Of a stretch of DNA of 64,000 bases, positions 43,744 to 56,779 are shown piece by piece. The DNA lies in assembly GCA_037379345.1 (NCBI GenBank), contig CM074511.1, forward strand, positions 59,898,862 through 59,962,861, read 5' to 3'. Origin of the DNA: Perna viridis. Lineage: Eukaryota. A program made the translations under genes and the position numbers. Under the pieces are notes generated by a model. It did not search any database. It was not told where the DNA came from and saw only the letters and a program-made list of their open reading frames with translations. Numbering within the stretch: position 1 is the stretch's first letter; every line of letters begins with the position of its first letter.

Positions 43744-46486
43744 CTTTTATTACAAATGAATGTTTACATTGGATATCTTATGACATTTAATGACTAAATA
43801 TAAATATAGACTACATGTAATTTCTAATACAGTACAAACCAAAAGTACATCTAAACTTTCAATATTTTCAGTGTAAACTGATGGCGTCTGAACTAAAACA
43901 GGATAAAAATTCAATTTTACAGTTCACAATTTTATGCATTATACTGAATAGTATATTTTTTCTTAGAAGAATAAAAAAAATTTATTGCATTCTGTCATTT
44001 TGTGTTCAGCAATTGTAATTAAAAGTGCATGTAATGATTTTAAATAAAGAGTTACTTCAGAGTAAATTTAAGAATGAACTGCACTCTTTTGACGGTAAGA
44101 CCAGGAAAACTAGAACATACCCATTTTTTATTCAGTTTTAGGGTGCATGAACTCACAAATATAATTGGATTTATTTGTTTTAAGAATTTGGACTGATCAA
44201 GATGTCATAAAAGTGTCAGACGGGATGAAAAAAGATTATTACCAGAATAAAGGAAGGATTATCGGCTGATAACTGTAAATGCTTCCTTTAATCATACCAT
44301 TGGCAAAAGTTCTACAAACCCAGGTTTGAAACACCTGTAAAATTGTAACAAAAACTCATCTAAAAGTCTTTTTTAACAGTTTATCTCTTGTAAAAATCAA
44401 ATACACATTTCGTATAGCTTTTAAATCTTTTAATTATGTATTTAAAAAGCATACTTGTAAGCTCATTCACAAGTCAATTTTTTGTTGGTATTAAAATTTA
44501 GACTTTTAACAGTTATAAAACAAGATTAACTTTATACCTGATTATTAAAGTATACAATTTAACATTTGCACATGCCATCGCAGATTGCTACAAACAAGAG
44601 AAAGTGCACAAGACCTATTTTTTTATAGTAATTTCCATAACTTCATGATTTCACATGAGCAGACTCCTGCTGTTTAAAGAACAAATATACTCCTAATCAA
44701 GAGCATAACCCGTTATTGTAAGCCATAAAATGGACCACCTGACTATTAAAATCATTTCATCACAAGAAACCTAACACTTCTATATTACTGAAACCTAGTC
44801 ATAACACTATGGTCCATCTGACAGCACCCTACATTTAAAACGAAACCGGATACCCAGTAATAAAACCACAGACATCACATACACAACCAGGTCTTATATA
44901 CAGGTTATGGACACTCATATGCTTGGTTAAGGCTTGATCAAAGTGTAAATCAGGCAGTGAAATTCCATCCTGAGAGGGCCATGTACTTTCTACAGACATG
45001 GGCAAGAGATAAGACATCTCAGGCTTAAAGATTACCATCACAATACCATGTGGTTTCTATGAAACTACCCGAGATTTTGGATTACGAACTTTGTATCCAA
45101 TTAAACATATAATGAAATCAAGGTTTTCAATGTGGCTACTCTCTTCTAATATCTAACAATATTATATCATTTTTAAAAGAATTTACTTTGAAGAAATAAT
45201 TACTGTCCACTATTAACTCAGTTATCATATTATTTAAATATAGATCCTCCATTATCCTGATTAAGGTTTTCAAGATTATTTGAAAAAAGATGATTTACCT
45301 TAGTTTTTGAATACATTTTGTAACTAATTAAAGTTGTGTCTTTCTATCAAACTTAATTGCTATTTCTCAAATGCACACTTTCTTTAATAAATATTTTAAT
45401 CAGTATGAAGAGATGAAGTTTGTAATAAGTAATGTACAAAATATAGATTCCTCACCTAAATCAAATGCTTGATGACCTATTTACAATCATAATGTTTCTG
45501 CCAGATCTGATTTCATGACTTATTAAATCCAAAATTGACCATTTAATAACAACATAAGATAATATCTACAAATTAATTAGAAACAAATTGTCAAAATAAT
45601 CTCTCAAAACAGGTTCTCTAAAGCATGGGATGGATATACCCAGTCCTATGACAGATCTTATCTACCTTTTTACCTGAAAGATAATTTCCACAAATAATTT
45701 GGACATGTATTATATTATGGCCTCAAATTTGATGATTTAAGGTTGAGATTAGATCTAATGTTAAACTTGAAATGTCATTGCTTTACAATGGAGTTAATTG
45801 AGCCATTATGATTTGGGATATAATTAGATGGTAGTATGTGATAATGATTTAATGTATCAAAACTTTTTTAAAATTAAGTGGCAGATTAATTGATAAAATT
45901 TTGATAGACTCCAAGTACAAGTAATCTTGAAAATTGCTCCAAATTTAGATTTTTTAGTTGGCTTAAAATTAAGAGTTTGAACAAAATACTGGTTATAAGA
46001 TATATAAGCAGAGGTGTAATCGGGAAATAGAAAATTGGAAAGTGATAAATACTTGCATGGATATAAAAAAATATCAAAAACTTAAAAATCTGAATATAGG
46101 TTACATTACACAGCTGCACGATACTGGTAATTCAAATATAAATGTTCAGCCTTAAACTGTATTTAGACTTTTATTTATTAAAGGTCACCTCATATTGATA
46201 GCTTGGAACCTGGTCAGCTACTTGAAGACTGGGAAAGTTTATAGAAATTCTTTCTACTGTTTACAAACAGATAATGTCTGTTTACAAGCAGTAGATAAAT
46301 CACATAACTAAAGATTAACACTCTTAATGACATAACAATTGAAAGGGGATTAAAGTTACCAAAATAAAAGGGGTCAGAAAATTCACACCATAACAAGATA
46401 TTAGGATCTGGTAACAACTACTTTAAACTTCTGAAGCACACTTGAACTCAATTTAATTTGAAGTAAATATAAATGAACACCTTAAA

Positions 46487-46556
46487 ATTCTCATGGGGAC
46501 ACATACCAAGAACAACATGAATATTCTCATTAGGAGGCATACCAAGGACAGCATTA
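46487..46556. repeat. Diverged tandem duplication, 2 x ~36 bp
   Basis: attctcat....cataccaag.aca.cat occurs twice. Confidence 0.6.
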
Positions 46557-49500
46557 CAACTATATTCTAAATTAAATCAGTTCAAGAAGGTCCTCTTTCT
46601 GAAACTTGCACCATAAATATTTGGTTGGTTAACATGAAAATGCATGTCCATGAGTATATTCTCATTCATTTTTACCACCAACATAGTCATCGTTACATGT
46701 ACATTCTCCCACAACAACCCACACAAACAAGTGAAAGACTTTACCCTTGTAATCTGGACTTGTTCCTTCTAATTCTAGGCCAAAATCTAATTCATACGCA
46801 CTTAAAATGCACTGTCACTACATCAGCTGACTGACTGTAATGTATTCATTCTAACAACTCAATGAAAATTACAACAATATTAGATAGCAAACCCTATACA
46901 GGAAAGTCATAATGAAAGTCAAATACAATTGTAAGACTAAAGAAAAACATGAGACAGAGAGGTTTCCTAGATACCTTGCAATTTTATCAAAACACAAAGA
47001 TTTAGACAATCTGTTCATAGTTAACTACCACTATACTGATCTTATATTTAAACATCAATTTGACACATTTAAAGGCTTTAGTATCAAAAAGTAGCATTTC
47101 AAACAAGGTTTTATCAATTTCTATTTTTTATAAAATATTAAAACTACCCATACTGGTACAAAAGACTCAAGGCTATTTTAGGGACACGTTTAAAGGCTTT
47201 ACTTTCAAAATGTACCATTTAAGACCATGCTTTATGTATTTCTGCCATATTTTTTTCATTTAATATTAAAATTATCAAAATATAAAAAAATCACTTTAGG
47301 CTAATTTTTGTAACCTTTAGAAGAACACACTACATCAAATGGGTGGAATGAACTTATTAATTATTATGTTGCATTAAATGCAAAGTTTGTAGAGTGCATA
47401 AAATGAGTCCTGTCGCCATCATTCAATATTCATTGCTTTTGTACATAACCAAAGAACCTAGACTAAACTTCAGGTAAGTAGGGAAAAAATGACACAAGAC
47501 ATTAGATCATTATATATCAGTGAAGAAGATATACCATACATTATTATTTAAAAGGAATGCATACACAACTTTGTAGACAAGACAACAGATCTAAGCAGAT
47601 ATTTCCACAATTTTTTGCCCTTCTTGCATTGAACATGTGTCAACAGATTGTCAAACCACATGGAAAGTTCGAATATCAGTGTTCTGTAACAATTTAATAT
47701 TACATAGCTAAAAAGATAAGAATGCCGACATTAACACAGTATGGGGAAGATAACTGGACTAGATTTAAAGGTTAATGTCCATATATTTCCTATTTAAACA
47801 TTCATTAATTCTACCTGGTGAAATATTTCTCTTCTAAATGTGTTTAGCACCCTTGAATACATTATTACCTGTTACATCAAAACACCTTCTAGAATTTACA
47901 AACATTAATACCTAATACTTTTGTTCTACCTTTGATTAAATAGCCTTCTCAATTTTTCAAGGGGTAACTGACATTGAATATAAATGTACATGAATAAAGA
48001 AATTGCATTTCAAAGAAAGGTGAGACTGCTTGGGGCATTGTTTATATGAGCAGTCTTTTGATGAAGCCCTTAACAATCTATCATCAAATATCAGTCAGTA
48101 TTCAGAAAATTACTGGATAATACACATTTCAGATCAAGCTATGAATAGAAGAAAGTCCTACAAATGTACTTTATTTCTTTTGAGGCAAATTGTAATTTTT
48201 GAAAAGAAAAATCCTAAAGAACGGTACATTTATAAATACAATTTGTGTGCAGAATAATCATAGATAGGTTTACCCTATAAGTTACAAGATACCATGAAAA
48301 GCAAAAAAAAACAGTTCACTGAAAAGATAGTAAAGCAATGCCAAGCAAAACCACTTCAACAAACCCAAACATAAGATAATCCAACAGAAAAAGAGACACA
48401 ATGCCAAGAAATCTGCACCTCCATCAAGAAACAATTAAGAGGTATGTGTCTAGTTATCTGAGTAAATGTGTTGTTATTGAAGGATATTTATTTATCAATA
48501 AGAAGTGGTCATTCCTGACAGGTTTATCAGCTATGGTCAGTATAATACCAAACACTAATTAGTGCATATAATGTCTAACAATAATAAACAAGTGCCAATG
48601 GTTAATTACCCTGATTTCTGTCTCATTTTACCATTGTGTAGAACACTTGATGTTGCTCTAGATATGTACACGTGTTTTGGGCATAGCCACTGGTGTTTTT
48701 AAGAAAGCAGAATATGGTTGCATTTGTTTATAATGCATGGAAGGTCATTTGCTGGATGTAAAATTTTGTAATTATACAGCAAAACAGTGTGCAAAATATT
48801 TTGTCGATTCTAAGTGCTTAAGTTAAGAATTAATATTTCTCAGAACTTATTTTGGTCTATTTAGACATACTGCTAAAATAGGTCAAAACTATCACCCCTT
48901 GCAATTACCCTCAATAAAGTATTATCTACATGTATATCAGTATAGATGTACTCTCAAATATTGATTTTGTAATTTTTTTTCAAGCACTTAAGCAATTGAA
49001 ATTTCATGTTTTTCATAATTAATAAATTTTATCTCATTATTTCTGGTATTATTGGTCTTGATACATTTATTTTTCCATCATCAGAATTCATTTTTCTGAG
49101 CTTGTCAATTTTTATACATGTATTCCGACTGTAATATTAAACCTGCCTCTAATTGCTACCAAAATTCATACAAAATATATGACAGATATATCTTTGCTAT
49201 TCTAAAATGCACTTGATGTACATTTTGAACACTCTCTGATACAAGTATTCCCAAACCTTTTCTTATCACACATTTCCTGTTCTTAAAAGCAATAACTCAT
49301 ATTCTGCTAATTAATAAACCATCAAAACTAAGGGAATGCCTTTAGCTGTGAATGGAGGGACATATTTTCAACATTACCTAACTTTAACAGTAAGCATCAT
49401 ACTGTGACTAAATTCTATTGAAATGAGATTTTTATCGATGACACTCCTATTCATGACTTTGTCAATATTAAAACTTTTTGGACAAAAGAAATCTCCACAT

Positions 49501-51241
49501 AATCCACAAATTTATTCAATATTATTGAAATTTCCTTCAGGTAAACACATTACATTGTAATTGGTGATAATGGGCCGGGTTGCTCACTTTTTTCTCGCTA
49601 TTATAATGGAAATTTTCTTCTTGTTTACACTGTGGTTGTAAAACACAACTTCGCTTTACAGTTTATTTTTACCTTATACAGCCTGAATATACATCTACTC
49701 ATATCTTTAGAAGATTTCAAATATCCCCACTGCATTCCTCAAAAAGCATATCATTTTCTATGTGGTATGTTTCTTGTAAATATTAGATGTGCCTTAAACC
49801 TTTGATCCATCAATGACCATTCAATATATTCTAGTTAAGGGACAAACTACTTGTTTCCTAAGAATGAGTATACAAACAGTTGTATGATGGCCTCTGTCGA
49901 TACATTGACAGGATGTATACAGTAAATATTTAAATTTATCAAAGTTAAATGAGATGTGAGGTATATAAATATAATCCAGGATTAATGCCTTGCTACATCT
50001 GTGTTGATACATTAGGATAGTTCCCACCCTTTCATCATGCTTAAGAAATGATACTTTTGTAATTACAGAGTCTGGTGCAGTTCTAAAACAATTAGGAAAG
50101 TCTTCTGGACAGAAGAATGCAGCCAACTATGGTGGTGGTTTTATACAAGATGTGTAGTTCCCTTTTGTTGTTCAATTAACATTTTTTGGCTACATGAGAA
50201 AGGAGTTTAAAAATAAATGATTTGTAGAGGCTACTCATGCAATTTTAGCTGCTGGGACCTTTTACAAGAATCTTAGATTCAACAAAAAAATCCAGTATTT
50301 CATCAAATCCATTCACTCATGATAGTTTCCATGGAAAGAACAGAGAAAGAGTGCAGCTGAAAAAAACAGAAAACCAAACAAAAAATCATAAATGGCATGA
50401 TATTTTAACATGAACAGCACAATGGTTCCATTATCAACACAAGTCGAGGTCATGCATGTCTAAAATAAATCACAGACCAATACAGAACCTAATGCCACAA
50501 ATGAGTTATGAAAGATTGAATGATATGAACTTATCTACAAGAGCAATTAGCTTCACATCCCATGTAAGCAGTTGCATAATTCCTCCTTCTCCAGGGAAAT
50601 AATCAAGCTTATTGAATTAAATTGTTTCAGGAAGTTATAATGAAGTTTTTAGATTCCATATAATCACTCAAGTGACATATTCTAGATCTTGTACGCATTG
50701 GTTTCTCAATATGTAACTTCACTTTACATGGTACTTGAAGAAGAGATTACAGAATTCAAGTGTTTGAATCAAAGCATGAGGCAAATATTATGAATTAGTG
50801 TAAAATGTGATCTTATCATGCAAAGGTTGCTCTAAAACAATTTTCTTGAGTCTCCTGACTCTGTAAACTATACCAAAAATGTGTATAATTTATTAAATAA
50901 TGCAGATAATAGAAACAAGGTATTAATCTTCCTCTGTAAAAGTTATAATTTTCTCCAAATATCCACTGGCCTTTTCTCAGAACCTCTATTTCCAAATACT
51001 TAGAAGAGTCTGTCTTAAAAATTTCTACCTATAAAAATGGGAGAGCCATTTGAAAAAGCATTAGTCACTATAACATAACAAGTTGAGTTACATGTATAAC
51101 CACTCAGTCATTATATGTACATGTAGTTGCCTGGTGCAAAAATGAGTACTGTTGACTTCTATGTGATAAGGTTAGCAAGTCCCCTTGTTATGTAGTAAAT
51201 GTTGTACCTCCACAACTAAGGCTGCCCAGATAAACACTTAC

Positions 51242-51253
51242 CGGTAGTATTTT
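51242..51253 (-). other. Candidate 12-nt cassette microexon in prickle intron 2
   Basis: tttttttaacag|AAAATACTACCG|gtaagtg; frame-preserving and stop-free in phase 2. Confidence 0.3.
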
Positions 51254-53763
51254 CTGTTAAAAAAAGTTATAAATAAATCTTCATAAGGACTTAGAGGGCC
51301 AAGTCATGTACATGCATGATATCTACTATCCATTCAATATATTCTTCATTATGATCTCTCAGAACCACCATGTTTATACACCAAGCAAGAGGCATACTTC
51401 AACAGACGGACTGACAAGTAAAACACATAACTCTCCTACTAGTCAATTTGTCCATATAAGTACATAAAACTCAATACAAATCAGAAATCTATGGGTATAT
51501 TTTACTTAGTCAACTAAATATGACTTAAAACTAGGATCAATCTTAACAATAATATCCTTCAAGAAAGAAAATAAATATAACTATATCTATATCAACAATG
51601 AAAGTAAAATAAAGTTATTAGGATAAGAGATAATATACTTCACAGACATAAAACTGTGTAATGAGATGTCAATAAATGTCATGATAGATAGTAGCCTCAC
51701 ACCTGATACCACTAATAAAAATATAAACATCAAAGTAATGGTGGCCTAATTGTTATATATATGTACAGTACTGGACAGCCTAATGGGTACTATTACTGAA
51801 CTATAGGACCATTGAGTCTAAAATAAAGGGACCTTCTGATACCACTATTAAAGGAATATGTTTAGAACACATTTATTTAAATTAGTAGTGGTATGAGGTC
51901 TTGGACCCTCAATCTCTGACTTAAGACCTTTGAAATTCAATTCACTTTAGTCTTGGACTTTCAACCATTTTAATTGACACTTTTTGTAGATTTTGGTTTC
52001 CCTCAAGAGGACTACTGGTTTGAAACTTTGAGTCTAAGTCCTAAGCCTTCCATTCAAAAAGTATATTTGAACCTCTGAGTATATTTGTGTGCCTTGTACA
52101 TGTTTAACTCAACCCTATAAAAATATTTCCACTTGACACAGAATCTTTAGATATGCTTTCATAATTCTTAATTTTAAAGGTACATGTATATTTTTGGTCA
52201 AGCTCAGTAACAACTTACAAAAGAATTTTTTTCCATATCTTAATGACCAATACGGTTTTGAATGGCTAATGAAGAAATATTCCTGAATTCAGAGTACTGA
52301 AAAAAACATGTACATGTACATGTACCATGCACATGTTCAATGTTAACTGCTACCCAAGTGTATAATGTAATTCAGAAAAGAAGATAACTTAAAACATTTG
52401 TATAATTTGTACATAAATTGATGGTCATAGACTAGTTCTTTACTCATCTGTTAGAAACAAGATTCCAATGAACATCTTCTTATCAAACTACATTGTATTC
52501 ACTAATAAGCAGCTAAATGTATGCTAAACTATAATATACCCATTCCCTCTTTATTAAAGATTCCAGAGAGGAAGGAATCTAGACACAATGTTTTTGATCC
52601 CAATCAGAAAATGAAATGTTTAAGAGCGTTTAAAAATCAACATTGAAATAATGAATGCCATTAAGATAAATCTGTCTTTCACTCTTCGGTGAATTCTTTA
52701 CTAACATAAATTTTAAATGATATAAAGATCTACCTTATATTAATTGTTTCATGATGACAAAATTGCCATATCCTCCATATTCTCTGAGACTTATAAAAGT
52801 ATAGCCTCCAGCAATATCAACATTACATAACCCATTTCATTTTACTTTGATACTGACAGTAAAAGTACTCTTTATGACCAGCCTGAGACAAGTTAATCAT
52901 CTAACAATACATGGAAAAACCAATTAATTCCAAAAGGAAAGGAAATTATTAAGAATTAACATATTTCCTCTTAATTGTTCTCCTCGAATTGTCCTATTCC
53001 AGGTGCTAATCCTATATACAGACATAAAACAACTCTTTTTGTTTCTCTTGTTTTCTTAAATTAAAACAAAATGTATTTCAAAACAAAATGTTGACATTTA
53101 TGTATTTTTTGTAGATTGTATACTAAACAGTACACATGGTACAGCACAAAGTATCTCCAAAACTGTTCTTAACTGTTACCCAACAAAAAAATCATGAAAA
53201 CACTTCTTAATTGTTAAATTTGCACGCCAAGTCAAATTAAGTGAAATACAATACAAATGATAACTTTCAAGAGAACATTTTTTGTTAAAAAATAACATGC
53301 AATAGGTTGATACAAAAAGACAAAACAGCTTAAGTTTCCTTAAAAGTATACAATTCAAAAGCTTAAAAAATAAAATACCTGCCACACTCCTTTTTCAGGT
53401 CTAAACTGCATTGTTTAGGATGTCAACTTTATTTACCAAGTGTGTGACAGAAACTGACATGCTTGTAAATTTCTTTACAGATGAAGGTGTTAGATATGGC
53501 AGTCTCCTATGATTTATAATCATCACCATAAATCATAACTAAATTAGGTAAATTAATAAACAATTGCTAACTTGACACATCTAACAAGGTAATTTACAAA
53601 TTACATGAATTTTTGGACATTTTATAAAAATTGAAAAAAAAAATGGAGATTGGCAAAAAAATGAAATCTCTTGATATCCATTATGAGACACAAAAAATGC
53701 AAATATCAGGTACATGTACATATAATAAATGTACATTTACTGAAATTGGACCTGTACATGAAC

Positions 53764-53898
53764 CAGGGTAGGAAACTCACTCAAAATCTAGCCAGTCCTG
53801 AATACAATTTTTCAATATATTTACTATATGGCTATATTAATTTTTGCTATAATTAGCCAGTCTCAGGCTGGCGGTCAAGGCTACTATATCTAACTCTG
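53764..53898 (+). mobile_element. MITE copy A, CAG...CTG termini (P- or hAT-type non-autonomous element)
   Basis: Short imperfect TIRs cagggtaggaaa / tatctaactctg; flanked by direct repeat CATGAAC (7 bp); second copy at 55095-55248. Confidence 0.8.
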
Positions 53899-54488
53899 CA
53901 TGAACAAGCAGCTTGGAAGAAGTGCATTTGAACAAATATAACTCAAAACAGCTTTAAAAATGTCTGTGACACTTGCAGTATTTGTATTCCCAAAAGCTGA
54001 TCATTTTGTCTACAAAAATTTACCTTAAAAATCTATATTCAGGTACAAAGGTCAAATCTGCAAGTACATGTATTTTGTATTACACAATCAAATATAACCA
54101 TCAACATATTTCATGCTCTTAACAAAATTTTCATAAAAAATCAATATAAAAGCATATAAAGAACCTTGAAATGTAAATCAAACTCAATATAGTTAACTGA
54201 AGTTTTAATTTGGGGTGTATTTTAAAATCCTTTCAATCTCAGAATTTTCAACTGCCAAAAAGTCAACACATTATAGGATGAATTAATAAATCTTCAGTTC
54301 TCAAATATGGATCATACTGTGATGGAATGGTGCCAAAAAACAGACATTACCTGAATGTATTAAACAAACAATGAGGAATTCCCTGACCCCCTGAAGTCTA
54401 AACTCTTTCATTGATTCAATACTCATCAAATGAATGCATGTACTATATATATAGAATTACCAAACTTTATACAGTATTTTCAAAGGTG

Positions 54489-54786
54489 CACTTTTTCACA
54501 CATATATATTTGTATATTATGAAATGAAAGTTCCCTTTTATAGGTCTTAACAAATTACATGTAAATGTACATTGTAAGTGTGATATAACTCTAAATTCAG
54601 TATTTATCATTTTTTATTTCCTAGAAAGTGATTTTACACTTTTTCACACATATTTATTTGTATATAATGAAATGAAAGTTCCCTTTTATAGGTCTTAACA
54701 AATTACATGTAAATGTACATTGTAAGTGTGATATAACTCTTAATTCAGTATTTATCATTTTTTATTTCCTAGAAAGTGATTTCACA
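54489..54786. repeat. Recent tandem duplication, 2 x 148 bp
   Basis: Units start at 54489 and 54637 and differ at about four positions. Confidence 0.95.
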
Positions 54787-55094
54787 AATGTACAATTTTG
54801 ATGTTCTTATTTCGACAATTATCACAATGCTCACCCAATTTTATTTGTCTGAGTTGTTTTGCTTGCCATATTCTCTGTGGTGGGAAAATGAAACTTATTG
54901 ACTAAAACTCAAGCCATGGATTAACTTTCCGATATAAAAGAATGTAGAACAATTCTAATACAGTACTACTTCTAATTTGGTTTAAATGGACACAGTATTT
55001 GGGAATAACTTTTCTACATGCATTAATACAAATGTATTTGTATTAGCATGCAACTATTTGTTTTAATTTTGATGACAAGGAATGACTTCTAAGT

Positions 55095-55248
55095 CAAAGT
55101 TAGAAATAGTAGCCTGTCCCCCAGCCAGAGACTGGCTATTTTTTGGCAGGGCTGGCTAGTTTTAACAAAAATTTATATAGCCATATAGTAAATATATTGA
55201 AAAATTGTATTCAGGACTGGCTAGAATTTGAGCGAGTTTCCTACCCTG
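55095..55248 (-). mobile_element. MITE copy B, inverted relative to copy A
   Basis: Reverse complement is closely similar to 53764-53898, with ~20 extra internal bases; flanked by TTCTAAGT/TTCTAACT (8-bp TSD, one mismatch). Confidence 0.8.
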
Positions 55249-56347
55249 TTCTAACTAATCTAATAGGTAATCTAAACTACTCCTTGTAATTATCAGAAAC
55301 AGCACACAAAATACAATTGTGCTTATTTTGACAAGATATGTCTTGTCAGCATATACATCTTTTACATGCAAAGACAGGCCAGATTTCAACAAGAATCTTT
55401 AGATTATAAAAATCATTCATGTACATACAGTGTATATGAATGGAAGTGATAATCCCTCCCCCCCACCCCACCCCCCCAAAAAAAAAAAAAGATGCAGTAA
55501 AAAGTCTCTCATACATGTACATGGATGGGAACTGAACACCTTTTCACGGTAATCAAAGATCAGAAAATCACACACAGCATACAATAAATAGTTCAGGCAA
55601 CTGGTCCATTGAAAATTGACACATTGTTTCGTGTGACTTTAGTTTGATTAGTTAATTTGTATGAACTATATCCCAATTATAAAAGAAAAATATTTGTTCC
55701 GAATTTTAATTCTATATATTTTATGAGGTGGAAACTCAGACCTTTGTATTTTATCTTGAAAGAATTGTTTAAATAGAGAAAAAAAATTGACAAAGCTCAT
55801 TGACAATAAAATTTGAACTGTTATTTAAATGTCAGGAGGTATGGATAAGATATGAGACTGTAAAACCATATCTCTGCTCTGATATAGAGATAAAAAAAAA
55901 ATATATTGTTTCTTATGTGAACTGAACTTGTAATAATGGAGAAAGTTCTTGTTAAAATGTACATGTAGCTTCATATTAAGCTTATATCTAACATGTGCAG
56001 AGGTAGTCTAGATAAACATGATTTTCACTGAGGCATTTTTTTTAAATCAGACATGGGAGGCAACCAAGCAAAATGAAAATTAAGCCTCACAAAGATGGCA
56101 TATTTGAACCTGTACAGAGGGCATAAGTGTTAGTGGAACTTTTAAACTGAAACACAACTGATATTTTTTTCCAAATAAAATATGGTAAACATTCTAAAAA
56201 TTTCTGCCAAACTATGCTAAAACTAATCACTACATATTTGTACAGATTTAAGCATGTACATACTTCTGACAAGTTCTGTATCTATGATGTTTTTTTTTCA
56301 ACTGAACACAATTCTGGGGGATTCTATACATAAACTTTCTGACTTAC

Positions 56348-56436
56348 CTCCAATAATGAAGTTCAAACCCCGGACAGACATTGGGGCAGTTTGAGCAAGG
56401 CTTTCCAGCTTTTATCTGATGTGCTAACGGGGGGCT
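56348..56436 (-). CDS. prickle: prickle exon 2, first half of testin/PRICKLE3-like Cys-rich domain (SPPLAHQIKAGKPCSNCPNVCPGFELHYWR)
   Basis: ttattgcag| acceptor, AG|gtaagt phase-2 donor; the C-x2-C-x3-C-x-GF-x-LH-x-WR motif continues as KICKHCKC in exon 3, as in testin/LMCD1/PRICKLE3; missed by the ORF track. Confidence 0.93.
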
Positions 56437-56704
56437 CTGCAATAACAGAACAATGTAAATCAGTCATTTAATTTATTGACAGAAAATAAGTACTTGATAC
56501 TGTCATTAAAATATGAGAAATATTATTTCTTAAACTTTCGATGTTATCGTCGAATAATAACGTATTGACATAATTTAATACTATTTTGAATTATAGACCT
56601 GTGATTAATTACGGGTCTATGTAAGGACACGGCACGACAGCAGGTGCCCGTTTCAAAGTAGGACCACGACTGCCGACTTTGCTCTTATCATAAGTTTTAC
56701 TTAC

Positions 56705-56779
56705 GCAAGATGGAAGTCCTTTCTGGTCAAATAAAACTGACGGGCTTACTCTAGGCGACTGATCACCACAAGCAGCCAT
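56705..56779 (-). CDS. prickle: prickle short-isoform first coding exon (MAACGDQSPRVSPSVLFDQKGLPSC)
   Basis: agaATGG start, 25 codons, donor TGC|GTAAGT phase 0, 268-bp intron to the phase-0 acceptor of exon 2; lies in a CpG-enriched promoter-like zone. Confidence 0.75.
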
